Assembly: GCA_964016885.1 (NCBI GenBank)
Contig: OZ024747.1
Span: forward strand, 11,222,001 to 11,286,000
Origin: Eledone cirrhosa
Lineage: Eukaryota
Length of the DNA: 64,000 nucleotides
Direction of reading: 5' to 3'
The notes beneath the pieces were generated by a model. It worked only from the letters and a program-made list of their open reading frames with translations, was not told the origin of the DNA and made no database searches. The translations under genes were made by a program, and so were the position numbers. This document shows, piece after piece, positions 1 through 15,400 of the stretch (its first letter is position 1; each line of letters begins with the position of its first letter).

Positions 1-84
1 TACATACATAGACCATATATACATACATAGACAAACATACATACATAGACATAAACATACATACATACATACATAGACATAAAC

Positions 85-692
85 ATGGTGGCTGCCAACT
101 CGTTTTCGAGTACGGCCACTACTTTATATCCATGTAGGAGAACCCCTACCGATGCGCTGAACAAGTGTGACTTTTTAGTCCAGCCAGCGACTTGAAAACT
201 CTGGTACAAACACTACACCTGTGACAATTATTGTCAGCTAGTGCTGGGCCCATGGTACCATGTGATGACAAGTGCAGAAAGATCCCCAGATATAAAGCAA
301 TGCCTGTGCCGTGAAGCTTTTATAGTGAGCAAAGCCACTGCACAAAGCCAGCCCCACTCTCTTAACCAAGATGATATTTACCAAAAAGAAGAACAAGTCA
401 ACATCATTGGATACCATCAGGGTTGCAGGTGTTATATCAGAGTTTTCCTTCTCCTAGAATTCTGCCTTGACAAAGGCTAAGGGGTCATCTCTCCCGGTGA
501 TTTTGGATGGCCATTGACTCTTAAGAGCTCCTTTGCCCTTTGACAGGTTTTGTTTTTAGTCCTGCAGGATGTCCAAAGTCACCCTCCTCACCAAGAAACC
601 TTGGTGGGGTTGCCAGTTTAGTCGCCAACGACCCGACCATGAGACAGGTTGTACTGGGATACATGTTACCAGTAGCACCAACTGGTGACCTG
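85..692. mobile_element. Probable retroelement-derived insert within an (ATAC)n microsatellite
   Basis: GC-richer unique block flanked on both sides by ATAC repeats; no convincing ORF. Confidence 0.35.
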
Positions 693-1710
693 ACATACAT
701 AGACATATATACATACATACATAGACACATATATATATACATACATACATAGACATAAACATATATACATACATATTTACATACATAGACATACATACAT
801 ACATACATAAACATACATATATACATACATATATACATACATAAACATATATACATACATATATACATACATAGACATACATACATACATACATACATAT
901 ATACATACATATATACATAAACATATATACATACATACATACATGGTGATGCCACCCAATATTGACCACACCCACCACCCTATCTCTCCCCTTCTCCCCC
1001 CTCTCTCTACCCCCCACCCACTCCTCATGTCACCCACCACCTGCCTGTCCCTCCGCCTGCACCCCTCCCTGTATCACCCCCTCTCCACACATACCCCATC
1101 CCCTTCTTCCCCCCTCTCTCTTCCCACCCACTCCCCATGTCACACATCACTCCTCCATGTCACCCCCCCACTCCTCATGTCACCCCCTACATCACCCCCT
1201 CCCCCACATCACTCTCCCCCTCTCTCAGTCAGAGTATAAAATCACAAGTCAATAACATCCTAACACTGATTAATTGGTTTAATGTACAGTATTGATCTGA
1301 CAACATATTGTTGTTGTTGTTGTTGTTGTGGTGGTGGTGGTGGTGGTGGTGGTGGTGGTGTAGGTAGTAGTGGTGGGGGTAGTGGTGGTGGTGTAGGTAG
1401 TAGTGGGGGTAGTGGTGGTGGTGGTGGTGGTGGTGTAGGTAGTAGTAGGGGTAGTGGTGGTGGTAGTGGTGGTGGTGTAGGTAGTAGTGGGGGTAGTGGT
1501 GGTGGTAGTGGTGGTGGTGGTGTTGGTGGTGGTAGTAGTGGGGGTGGTAGTGGTGTTGTTGGTGGTGAAGGTGGGGGTGACGGTAGTAGTGGTGGGGTAG
1601 TGGTGTGGGGGGGTAGTAGCGGGATAGTAGTGGTGGTAGTGGTAGTGGTGGTGGTGTAGGCGGTGGTGTTGGTAGTAGTGGGGGTCGTAGTGGTGGTAGT
1701 GGTGGTGGTG

Positions 1711-1742
<32 letters not shown>

Positions 1743-1790
1743 AGTGGTGGTGTTGGTAGTAGTGGGGTGGTAGTGGTGGTAGTGGTGGTG

Positions 1791-1822
<32 letters not shown>

Positions 1823-2111
1823 GGTGGTAGTAGTGGGGTAGTAGTGGTGGTGGTGGTGGTGGTAGTGGTGGTGTTGTTGTTGTTGTTGTTGTTGTTGGTG
1901 GTGGTGGTAGTAGTGGGGTAGTAGTGGTGGTGGTGGTGGTGGTAGTGGGGGTAGTGGTAGTGGTAGTGGTAGTGGTAGTGGTGGTATACATAGTGTAGGT
2001 GGTAGTGGAAGTATGAGTGTACTTTTTTTAATCTAAAAACATGCTGCTAGTGTTTTTGATGGCGGTTGTGTATATATACATATATATACACATATATATA
2101 CACATATATAT

Positions 2112-2170
<59 letters not shown>

Positions 2171-2173
2171 TAT

Positions 2174-2244
<71 letters not shown>

Positions 2245-2247
2245 TAT

Positions 2248-2294
<47 letters not shown>

Positions 2295-2297
2295 TAT

Positions 2298-2348
<51 letters not shown>

Positions 2349-2393
2349 TATACACATATATATACACACATATATATATATATATAGATATAT

Positions 2394-2434
<41 letters not shown>

Positions 2435-2913
2435 TATATAGTTGTTTCTTTTGTAAATAATTTATTAAGTTTTCATAATTAATTATATAAATAATGAAAA
2501 CAAGGTGGGGAGTGGTGAAGAATGGCAGATCTGGCTGTAGAGGAGAGGAAAGGACTGTAAATGCCATAAAAGAGAAGAAAAGGAGGAAAAGATGAAGGAC
2601 TGTTAGGCCATAGAAGCGTTAAGACATGGACTATGGTTTTCAAATAAATTTTGAAATAATGAAGAATTTGGAGGGATTTGGTAATATAACTAAGTTTCTT
2701 ATTATAAAGCTGTTGTTTGGAACATAACACAACAAAGGTTCTTACATAAAATTATGATGGAAGCTATAACTGTCAACTTCTATGGCTGGTCCTTCTGTTG
2801 GGTGGGTTGGAGGTAGTTTCTCTTCCTTCCATTTATTCTCTACATTCATCAGTCTCTCATAGTAACATTTCCATGTCTCTTTCTTTTGAGTATCAGTTCA
2901 ACACTGTAAACAT

Positions 2914-3125
2914 GGTTAGGGTTAGTGTTAGGGCTAGGGTTAAGGTTAGGGTTAGGGCCAGGGTCGGGGTTAAGGCTAGGGTTAGGGTTAGGGTTAGGGT
3001 TAGGGTTAGGGTCGGGGTTAAGGTTAGGGCTACGGTTAGGGTTAGGGTTAGGGTCAGGATTAGGGTTAGGGTTAGGGTCAGGGTTAGGGTCAGGGTTAGG
3101 GTCAGGGTTAGGCTTATGGTTAGGA
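2914..3125 (+). repeat. Interstitial telomere-like (TTAGGG)n with variant units
   Basis: Runs of ttaggg mixed with tcaggg and ttaagg. Confidence 0.9.
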
Positions 3126-3389
3126 AGGACATCCAGTAGCCGTAAAAACTCAAACAAAACACAGGTTCCGCTATGAGCAAAGTTTGATGCAGCTAACTGA
3201 TCAGACCTTCCTCATAATGGGTCCACCCAACTCCCAAATATGGATCTGCTTATGAGCAGGGTGCATCATGGCCAACTGGCCGGGCCCTTCTCATAATAGA
3301 ACCACCCAGTTCCACACAGTAAACATGGTTGGTACTAGGCAGCGCATCCAGCTATGAAAAAAACGGTCAAAATACACTTCCATTTAATA

Positions 3390-3660
3390 AAGTAATGAAA
3401 TTATTGTGTACAGTGCTCAGGTGCACTACAACTCATCAAAGGTGCATGTATAGTAGATAGAATAATGTACAAATGCCAGAAAAGTGAAGAGTGTGTGAGC
3501 CATGATATAGATGTGTGCAAGTACATGTGCGAATGATATATATGTGTGTATGTGTATGGAGGGGGGATATCAGGTGTAGTGTTAGCGAATTTCAGGAAGC
3601 ATGGAGGTTTTAAAGGATGCAGTGTCTCGGCAGCTAACGACTGATGCAGGTAGTTTGTTA
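3390..3660 (-). mobile_element. 3' end fragment of the same CR1 family
   Basis: Reverse complement of 29800-30040 (gttgtagtgcacctgagca, catcctttaa motifs). Confidence 0.8.
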
Positions 3661-3787
3661 CATTTGAGAAGGTATGGCGCAGCCAACTGGCAGCCAGACG
3701 TGTGGATGGCATGTCTAACCCATGCAAGCGTGGAAAATAAGAAGTTAAACAGTGGTTATAATGATATATTTATCTATATATATATAG

Positions 3788-4017
<230 letters not shown>

Positions 4018-4045
4018 TAAATATATATATATATATATATATATC

Positions 4046-4155
<110 letters not shown>

Positions 4156-4174
4156 CATATATATATATATATAT

Positions 4175-4221
<47 letters not shown>

Positions 4222-4274
4222 GACATATAGATATATAGATACATATATATATATATAGACATATAGATATATAG

Positions 4275-4311
<37 letters not shown>

Positions 4312-4324
4312 TATATAGATATAT

Positions 4325-4363
<39 letters not shown>

Positions 4364-4368
4364 TATAT

Positions 4369-4619
<251 letters not shown>

Positions 4620-5162
4620 CATATATATATATATACATATACATATATCCTATTTTGGCTTGGTTTCTATGACAGAATGCCCTTCCTAATCCCAACAACA
4701 TTTACATATACCAATATATATATATATATATATATAAGGGTTAAAATACTGGAGCGTGTTGGAGTTAAACACCCTCTTCGTATTATAGAAATGATGTGTG
4801 TGTTGTTGTATGTGTATGTGTGTGTACGTGTGCACACATATATACATATGCATATTGTACCTTTTGATTTTATTGTAATTTTAATGTTGGTAAAGGTATA
4901 TTATATTATATTATATTATATTACATTGTATTATATATAATTCCTGCTCTATATAACCACCTTTGTTTAGCTCTAGGTTTTTTTTGCTTTGGACTATATT
5001 TGTAATTATGGTTCTTAATGTTATATACATCCTTAGTAATTTTTATTATATATTTTTATTATTTTTATTATATATTTTTGCAATACTTTAGTGTATGTAC
5101 ACTCCATATTCTTCGGAGCTTCCAGCTTGTATCTGCCGATATTACTTCTTGTTGTTTTAATT

Positions 5163-5200
5163 GCCCTGATGAGTCCTTAATAGGACGAAACATTGTCGGC
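5163..5200 (+). ncRNA. Minimal type I hammerhead ribozyme motif (Penelope-associated type)
   Basis: GCC-CTGATGA-GTCCT-taat-AGGAC-GAAA-C-att-GTC-GGC: intact core, 5-bp stem II, GUC triplet, stem I GCC/GGC. Confidence 0.8.
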
Positions 5201-5268
5201 TAATAAAGACTTTTGATGTATTGAAGGCTTCTTTGTTTTACTCTCTTAATATATATATATATATATAT

Positions 5269-5351
<83 letters not shown>

Positions 5352-5376
5352 CATATATATAAACATATATATATAT

Positions 5377-5457
<81 letters not shown>

Positions 5458-5504
5458 TATATATATATATACATATACATATATACACATACATATATAT
5501 ATAC

Positions 5505-5539
<35 letters not shown>

Positions 5540-5548
5540 AATATAAAC

Positions 5549-5624
<76 letters not shown>

Positions 5625-5801
5625 GTATATGTGTGTGTGAGAATGAATCGTTTGTGTCACTGAGAATAGGAAGAAGAGAAATGAAGGCAGTACTCAATAT
5701 ATGTTTAGGTAGAGTTGATAGAATAAGTAGTAAGATTACTAACAGACAGTCCTCCCTATTACATACACACACACTCTATATATAGATAAATAGATATATA
5801 T

Positions 5802-5834
<33 letters not shown>

Positions 5835-5977
5835 ACATAGACACATGCACACCCATCAGATAGATAGATATACATATATATATATATGTATATATATAAT
5901 ACACACACACAAATATATATATATACATACATGTATATAATATACAGACACACACACATATACACACACACACGCAG

Positions 5978-6019
<42 letters not shown>

Positions 6020-6163
6020 CACACACACGCACACCCATCAGATAGATAGATATACATATATATATATATATGTATATATATAATACACACACACAAATAT
6101 ATATATATACATACATGTATATAATATACAGACACACACACATATACACACACACACGCACAT

Positions 6164-6207
<44 letters not shown>

Positions 6208-6265
6208 CACACACACAAATATATATATATATACATACATGTATATAATATACACACACACACAT

Positions 6266-6298
<33 letters not shown>

Positions 6299-6795
6299 CA
6301 CACCACACACAAAAGAGGAGTTGCAAGTATATATATATGATGAATTCATAACCATCTGTAAATGCACATGACTCCCCCCCCCCCATATCTCTCCCCCCCC
6401 CCCCCGCTACTGAATTGATCACTTTGCAGTAGCATTTGGAGAATGGTTTATTGATTTATTTCTCATGTTTTTAAGTCCAATCTCATCACCATTCCAATGC
6501 AAACACACATGTGCACGCACACACACACACACACATGCATGCCCACACATACACACACACACGCGCGCGCGCACACACACACACACACACACATACACAC
6601 ACACATATGCGTACACACACACACACACACACACACAGCAAAACCATTACCATCATTGAAACATGTTATCAAACACACGTGCACATACACACATGCATGC
6701 ACACGTGCACACACACACATACATGCACACACGTGCACACACGTGCACACACACACACACACACATACACACACACACATACACACACACATATG

Positions 6796-6830
<35 letters not shown>

Positions 6831-7485
6831 CAAAACCATTACCATCATTGAAACATGTTATCAAACACACGTGCTCACACACACATGCATGCACACACAC
6901 AAACACTTCTTCATGCACATACACACATATACACACACACAAACACTTCTTCATGCACATACACACATATACACACACACAAACACTTCTTCATGCACAT
7001 ACACACACATACACACTTCTTCATGCACATACACACATATACACACACACAAACACTTCTTCATACACATACACACATATACATACGCACACTTCTTCAT
7101 GCACATACACACATATACACACACACACACACTTCTTCATGCACATAGACACATATACACACACACAAACACTTCTTCATGCACATACACACATATACAC
7201 ACACACAAACACTTCTTCATGCACATACACACACACACACACTTCTTCATGCACATAGACACATATACACACACACAAACACTTCTTCATACACATACAC
7301 ACATATACATACGCACACTTCTTCATGCACATACACACATATACACACACACACACACTTCTTCATGCACATAGACACATATACACACACACAACAATAC
7401 CACTACCACCATTAAAACATGTTATCAAACAAATGCAAATATATACATGCATGCACATAAACACATATACACACTCACTCACATA

Positions 7486-7586
<101 letters not shown>

Positions 7587-7652
7587 ATACCTATATATGT
7601 GTGTTTGTGTGTGTGTGTGTATGTGTGTGTATAACGATATATATATATATAT

Positions 7653-8049
7653 GGAGGCACATGGCTTAGTGGTTAGAGCATTGGCCTTGCAATCGAAAGG
7701 TTGTGAGTTCAATTCTCAGACCGGGTGATGTGTTGTTTCCTTGAGCAAGACACTTTATTTCACATTGCTCCAGTTTACTCAGCTGTAGAAATGAGATGAT
7801 AGGGACTGGGGTCCATATCATTCCACTGCGAAGTGGTCGTGGAGGTGCCACGGCAAAAAAGCACCCAGCCCACACTGTAAAGTGGACGTAGAGGTGCCAC
7901 GGCTAAAAAGCACCCAGCACTCACTGTAAATGAGGTTGGTGTTAGGAAGGGCATCCAGCTGTAGAAATCAAGCCAAAATCAGTTCCCGTCCCACCCTTGC
8001 AAGCAGGGAAAAGCGGACGTAAAATGAAATGATGATGATGAAATGATGA
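7653..8049 (+). mobile_element. tRNA-derived SINE
   Basis: A-box TGGCTTAGTGG, B-box GAGTTCAATTC, body ggttggtgttaggaagggcatccagc, (GAT)n tail; near-identical copy at 31447. Confidence 0.85.
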
Positions 8050-8329
8050 TATGTGTGTGTGTGTATACATATATAACTCATCATCACCGTTTAACATCCA
8101 TTTTTCCATGCTAGCATGGGTTAGACAAGTTGTCTTGTTGTGAGAATTGCCAGGTCAGGTGGCCATGTCTTGCTCATAAAGAACTGATTTGGGCTTGGTT
8201 TCTACAGCTGGATGCCCTTCCTAACACCAAACACATTTACAGTGAGTACTGGGTGCTTTTTGTCGTGTCACCATCACAACCACTTAGCCATGTGGGCCGG
8301 AGGCTTCACTAGATGCAGCCCGTCCTTAT

Positions 8330-9050
8330 GGCAGATGTATGAAAGAGTGAGCTGGGAGTGCATACTGTATGTATGCTTCACCTTCAGCCTGTGTTCATTG
8401 TAAGGTGGATCTTCTGTATTACTGCATAACGCCAGAGATCTCGGTCAAGTGTGATCATTTTTGATAGGTGCAATTGAGCAAGGTCAGCTTTTATCACCTC
8501 ATCCAAGTCTTTCTGGGTCTCCCCCCCCCCCCCCTCCATGGCTTCATATCAACTTTGAGCGCTCTGCACCTTTTTATACAGCTGTCATCTTTCATACACA
8601 CCACATGTCCTTACCAACACAATCTCCTCTCCTGCACACTGCATCTGATCCTCATGAATCATAGTCTGCCTGTCATTTTGAGGGAAAAGCCTTTTGCAGC
8701 AAGCAGTGGTAGTAGCTCCTTGAAGTTCTTCCATCTCATTCTTACTCTGGCTTCTGTACATTCAGAACACCCACCTCTGCTGCTAATTTGGTCACCCAGC
8801 TCTCTAGTGCTTCTATCGAACCTTCCCATAATATGATAGCATTTGTTTCCTGTAGTAATTTGCTGCTAACTCCCCCAATACAATGGCTACATGTAAAACC
8901 TACATTCTGAGCTAAATTTCCCAAGATGCCACTACATCTCTTGTGTATCCATAGTTTGGGATGGAGGGTGGAATTTCTACCTACACCTTTCCTACACACT
9001 GAGCAAGGCCATTTCTCCGAGGGAATCAGTGCTCTGTTTTCCCTATTAAT
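8330..9050 (-). mobile_element. Decayed RTE-like LINE fragment
   Basis: EKWPCSVCRKGVGRNS...WIHKRCSGI Cys-rich insert typical of invertebrate RTE-type ORFs; frameshifted. Confidence 0.65.
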
Positions 9051-9169
9051 GTGACAACATGTATAATCCATGTGTGTAAAATGGACGTTAGATGATGATG
9101 ATGTATGTATCATCATCATCATCATATATATTTATATATATATATATATATATAGAAAGAGAGAGAGAG

Positions 9170-9728
9170 AGAAAAGATGAAGTTGGAAATAGCACAGGAG
9201 ATATACTTAAGGGTCTGTTTTTCTTTTTTGATTCGTTAAAGTGACATTATTAAAAAGATAGTGTTATTAAAAAGATAAGGTTATTAAAAAAAGAGAGGGA
9301 CAAGTCTTTTTTTTTAATTTTTTTATGAAGTATATAAAGTATATGAGGAAATTACTGGTTTCGATGTATTAAGATCCATCTTGTCAAATTCAGTGAAAAA
9401 GTTGGCAGCCAACTTCTCAGGAAGCATGATGGAAGAAATTTTACTCAAACATTCGATTTTGATTTTAATTTTAAACCTCTTTTTACTCCTACCAACTTTT
9501 TTTAATTAAATTTTTTCACTGAATTTGACAAGATGGATCTTAATACATCGAAACCGGTAATTTTCTCATATACTTTATATACTTCATTAAAAAATAAAAA
9601 AAATAAAATTGTCCCTCTCTTTTTTTAATAACATTATCTCTTCAATAATGTCACTTTGACGAATCAAAAAAGAAAAACAGACCCTTAAATATATCTCCCG
9701 TGCTATTTCCAACTTCATCTTTTCTCTA
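9170..9728. repeat. Long imperfect inverted repeat (~220-230 bp arms, ~110 bp spacer), Penelope pseudo-LTR-like
   Basis: 9170-9400 is the reverse complement of 9512-9728; each arm carries TTGACAA-GATG..CATC-GAAACC(G/A)GTA. Confidence 0.85.
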
Positions 9729-9773
9729 TATCCACTGTTTTGTATAGAACCTCACTTCCCTTTTCTAATATAT

Positions 9774-9834
<61 letters not shown>

Positions 9835-9931
9835 ATATATATAATCATTGTTGATTTTATAATATATATATAATCATTGTTGATTTCTTCAAGAAACAGA
9901 GAGTGAGAGAGATAAAGAGGGAAAGAGAGAA

Positions 9932-9980
<49 letters not shown>

Positions 9981-10306
9981 ATCATTGATCTATTAAAATG
10001 GTACTTTATTTATCAATCTTGAAAAGATGAAAAATAACCTTGGCAAAGAACTGAAACAAATACTGTGAAGTATTCTATCCAATATTGTAATGATGCTGCC
10101 AATTCACAGCCTTCATCATCATTACTCCTCCACTACTAATCAAAACTCCCTTACACCACCAGCTGACATAGTTTGAGCTATTAATATATGATTGGTTGTG
10201 TGTATCTAGTTTAGAATATGTACATCATATCCCTATGTGCTGTAGAAGCTAACTAAAAGAGTTGGTGCCAGGAATGTCATCCAACTGTAAAACATAGCCA
10301 CAAAAG

Positions 10307-10589
10307 CAAGGTCAGATTTAGACCATTGTGGGGCCCAAGGTTTGGGGGTCCCTCATACTAAAAAAATTAGAATACACAGCAAACCCCCAAATTTTACATA
10401 TCAAAGTTAGCTTAGCACAAATAATTTGAATTGAAAAGTTATACAGGTATTAAATTAAAAACCTCTAACCATCCTAAAACTAAAAAGCCCAGCTGAGGGC
10501 ACAAATATATTGCTACTGCCGTCTTTGGTGGGGCGCCCCACTGAAGGGGCGGGGATTGCCACCTTTGCTCCCCATTAAATCCGACCCTG
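10307..10589. mobile_element. hAT-type MITE
   Basis: TIRs caaggtcagattta / taaatccgaccctg; 8-bp TSD cacaaaag / tacaaaag. Confidence 0.75.
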
Positions 10590-10844
10590 TACAAAAGGTG
10601 AGTATCAAGACTTATGGGGCTTCACAATACTAACCCATTTTTTTGCAGAGAAAATGGTTTTAAAATGCCATTTGTTGTTGTATTCAATACCACTAGCTAT
10701 TATAGATAATACTATTTTACCATTCCATACCATTAACTCACTCAAAGATTGTCAAGTTAACTTAACCATTATGATACCATCAGTTGATGTATGGATTTTA
10801 ATCTCACCATTTCCATACCATCCATAATGTACATAGTTCCTTAT

Positions 10845-11560
10845 ACTATCCACAGTATAAGCTACTGTAGCAATGTTTAGCTAACCCCTTCCAGTAACAT
10901 CTATAGCTTTTAAACATACCATCCTTATACCATCCACAATATCAGCTACTGTAGCAATCTATAGCTAACCCCTTCCAGTAACATCTATAGCTTTTAAACA
11001 TACCATCCTTATACCATCCACAATATCAGCTACTGTAGCAATCTATAGCTAACCCCTTCCAGTAACATCTATAGCTTTTAAACATACCATCCTTATACCA
11101 TCCACAATATCAGCTACTGTAGCAATCTATAGCTAACCCCTTCCAGTAACATCTATAGCTTTTAAACATACCATCCTTATACCATCCACAATATCAGCTA
11201 CTGTAGCAATCTATAGCTAACCCCTTCCAGTAACATCTATAGCTTTTAAACATACCATCCTTATACCATCCACAATATCAGCTACTGTAGCAATCTATAG
11301 CTAACCCCTTCCAGTAACATCTATAGCTTTTAAACATACCATCCTTATACCATCCACAATATCAGCTACTGTAGCAATCTATAGCTAACCCCTTCCAGTA
11401 ACATCTATAGATTTTAAACAAACCATTGTCATACCATCCATTATATCAGCTACTGTATAGATGTTTAACTAACCCCTTCCAGTAACATCTATAGATTTTA
11501 AACATACCATCCTTATACCATCCACAATATCAGCTACTGTATAGATGTATAGATTTTAAA
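10845..11560. repeat. 84-bp minisatellite, ~8 copies
   Basis: aaacatacc recurs at 10912, 10996, etc. Confidence 0.9.
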
Positions 11561-11796
11561 CAAGTCATTCTAATGTCATTGGTTAACTGTAAGCAATTCC
11601 AACCATTCTGATGCCATTAGCTAATATAGCCAGCTTAATTCTTCAATTAACCATTTCAGTGCCATTGCCTAGCCATTTCATATTCTTTTATTCTTTTACT
11701 AGTTTCATTTATTAGACTATAGTCATGCTGGAGCATTGCTAAATTAAGGGATATAAACACTGACACAAACACAGACACAAACATAAACACAAACCT

Positions 11797-11972
11797 CAAT
11801 ATTTAGTACCCTAGGCTAGCTCTACAGTGTGTATCTGGGTATTTAGTACCCTAGGCTAGCTCTACAGTGTGTATCTGGGTATTTAGTACCCTAGGCTAGC
11901 TCTACAGTGTGTGGCTGGGTATTTAGCACTCTATGCTAACTCTACGATGTGTACCTGAGTATTTAGCACCCT
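11797..11972. repeat. 40-bp minisatellite (tatttagtaccctaggctagctctaca...), ~4 copies
   Basis: Direct tandem copies; the same family occurs at 56195-56450. Confidence 0.85.
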
Positions 11973-12236
11973 ACGTGATGAGGTTGGTCATTTTAATTAC
12001 AGCTACAGTTCATCTGATGGACTTGTACATAGTCTCCACCTACCCAATTTCACTCACGAGTCTCTAGTCAACCTGAAGCTATGGTAAGTGACACTTGTCC
12101 AAAATACCATTCAGTGGGATCAAACCTAGGACCTAATGATCACCAAACAAACTTCTTTAAAGATTTAGCCATGAAAAATCTGAAAGATACAGCTCACACC
12201 TATGTAGGTTTAGCTGGCTTATTATTCTCATGTGTT

Positions 12237-12483
12237 TTAACCCTTTAGTTACCAACCCGGCCAAAACCGGCCCTAGTCCTATGAAATAAAGCCAGCCATT
12301 TTAAAGGTTTCCAATTTAAATTAAAATCTTCTAGCATAATTTTATACAAGAACCTTACATTAAGTTACTACCTTAGGAATGAAATAATTAATAATTGATA
12401 ATTTAAGTAAATCCCTCAAAATTCTTCATTAATTAATTGAAATAGAGTGTATTTCATTAGAAATGCAATCATAAAAGAGTTAA
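12237..12483. mobile_element. Possible TTAA-flanked (piggyBac-like) non-autonomous element
   Basis: ttaa|ccctttagttacc ... taaaagag|ttaa; the right TIR is degenerate. Confidence 0.35.
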
Positions 12484-15400
12484 TGATGGGGCCCCCAGTT
12501 CTACGATGAAAAGCAATGTGAAATAAAGCGTCTTGCTCAAGAACACAATGCAATACCCATTCCTGAAAATTGAACCCACAATCTAATAACTGTGAGTCCC
12601 AATACCCTAATCTCTAAGCCATGTGATGTGGCTATGCTGTTAAACTTGTTTTTATTTCAATACATATTTACATAACATCAAAAATAAGTATAAAATATAA
12701 TAAGGTAATATTTGTGTATGATGAAGACATGGGTACAGAAAGATCTGCAGAAAAGATGTGTTCAGGCATGACCACAATCGTTCTAGCATTAGGTTGAATC
12801 ATTGAAAAACTACAGATGTAGTAAGAGCAATGTACCTGCTAATTTTTGCCAACCACAGAGCGGAACGCTTGATGTTTTCAACACAAATATTTTAAATTCA
12901 AAGCTACTGTATGGTAATATTTTGATGTGCGCAGCACCATTACAGCGACTGCCAACAATTCAAAGTTACTGAGCGGCAATATTTTGATTTGTGTATGGCA
13001 CCAATATAGTTACTACCAACATATCATCACTACTGTGCAGCAATATTTTAATGTGTGAAGCAACATCTGCATATGCATGGCGCCAATACAGAGACTGCAT
13101 GACTTGCGCAGCTTAGAGATAAGATACTGGATAAGATAATGGTGTCCCTTTGACTCCATTAGGAAATAAGGGACCACAGTAATCGCGTGATATAGAAGGA
13201 CTTGGAGTTTGTTGTTGTAACTAGTGTATATAATGTTTATGGTGTTTTTGTCAGGGTAGCTGTTACTGTGGCTCATCTAAACATCATCATCATCATTTAA
13301 CATCTGTTTTTCCATGCTAGCATGGGTTGGATAGGTCATCACAAAGTCAGTACATAACCAGAGCCATGGTCCTCACAGATGAGTCGAAAGCTGCATCTTA
13401 TTTTGTATGTTCTTGCACTTTACACAGTATATTGAGTGCATTTTATTTTGACACTAGCACTATGGAAGTTATCATTCCCTTGACACAACTGATGGCCCCA
13501 TCATAATCTTATGCTTGGCAGGTTTTCTACGGCTTGATGCCCTTCCTAACACAAAGCATTTTACAGAGTGTACTGCTGGTGTTGTATCACAGCACCAGCA
13601 ATATGGAGGTTGTTGTGCCCTTAATACAACTGATGGGTCCTCACAACACTTTGCTTGGCAGGTTTTCTACAGCTGGATGTTCTTCCTATTACCAACCACC
13701 TTACAGAGTGTACTGGATGCAATCTATCATGGTACTGATAGTAGAGAGATTGTTGTGCTCTTGACACAACTGAAGACCTCTCATAACACCAGGGTTGGCA
13801 TGGTTTCTATGACTGGATGCCCTTCCTAACATCAACTACTTTACAGAGTATTCTGGGTTTATTTTATTGTGGCCTGAGCAGTAAGTAGGTTGCTGTATCC
13901 TTCACATAACTGATGAATCCTCTTAACCCTTTCATTAACATATAGACATACAGACCTTACATCAATTTATCAATTGAGCAGGAACTGGAATTGTTGCCTA
14001 GGTTACAGTAAATAGTCATCAAAGATGAGTGTTGTTGGTTGCCATTATATTCATCCTCACTATCATTATCATCATCGTCATCATCATCATCATCACCACA
14101 CTCAACAACACCCCCACCATCCTCACCATCACTATCATCATCATTCTTATTAACACTGCTAATAACACCATCATCATTATGAGCTCCACACCATCACCAC
14201 TACCACCACTCCCACCACCACCACCACCACCACTCCCACCACTACCACCACCCACACCACCACCACTACCACCACCACCACCACTACCACCACAAACCAC
14301 CACCACCACTACAATCACCACTCCCACCGCCACCACCACCACCACTCCCACCGCCACCACCACCACCACCACCACCACTACCATCACCACCACCACCACC
14401 ACCACTACCACCACCACCACCCCTCCCACCACCACCACCACCACCATCACCACTACCACCACTCCCACCACCACCACTACCACCGCCACCACCACCACTA
14501 CCACCACTCCCACCACCACCACCACCACCACCACTACCATCACCACCACCACCACCACCACTACCACCACCACCACTACTACCACCACCACCCCTCCCAC
14601 CACCACCACCACCACCATCACCACTACCACCACTCCCACCACCACCGCCGCCGCCACCACCACCACCACCACCACCACCACCACCACCACCACCACCACC
14701 ACCACCCCTCCCACCACCACCACCACCACCACCACTACTACCACCACCACTACCACCACCATCACTACTACCACCACTCCCACCACCACCGCCACCACCA
14801 CCACCACCACCACCCCTCCCACCACCACCACCACCACCACCACCACTACTACCACCACCACCCCTCCCACCACCACTACCACCACCATCACTACTACCAC
14901 CACTCCCACCACCACCACCACCACCACCACCACCACCTGCAGAATGTAACTCTCTACCAGAAAATAAGGTGATACCAATATAGAAATGTGTTTACTGAAG
15001 TGTGTGTGTATGTGTGTGTGTATGTGGGTGTGTATTTAGTATGTGTGTGAAGTGTGTGTGTATGTGTGTGTGTATGTGGGTGTGTATGTAGTATGTGTGT
15101 GTGTGTGAAGTGTGTATGTGTGTGTCTGTGTGTGTCTGTGTGTGTATGAAGTGTGTGTGGGAAGTGGCTGTGTGTGTGTGGGAAGTGTGTGTGTGTGTGT
15201 GTGTGTGTGTGGTGGAGGCAACAGTGTTTGTAGAATATAGTTAATGGGGAGAGGGATGGTACTGTGAGGGGAAGAATTATGCATGATGGCCCCTAGGTGA
15301 AAACCTTATCAGGGAGCCTTGCACCTGTCTTGCTAGACTACATAGTATTTATTTTGCAAGATTTTTCATGTTGAAACAGATATTGTTATACTTTTTTTGG

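Noticed and set aside
7653-7725. tRNA gene-like sequence (also at 31447)
   Set aside because: No proper acceptor stem; it continues into a SINE body and tail shared by both copies.
14019-14978. Poly-Val / poly-Thr ORFs and an Asp-rich alternative frame
   Set aside because: Trinucleotide repeat artefacts; the Asp-rich frame has upstream stops.
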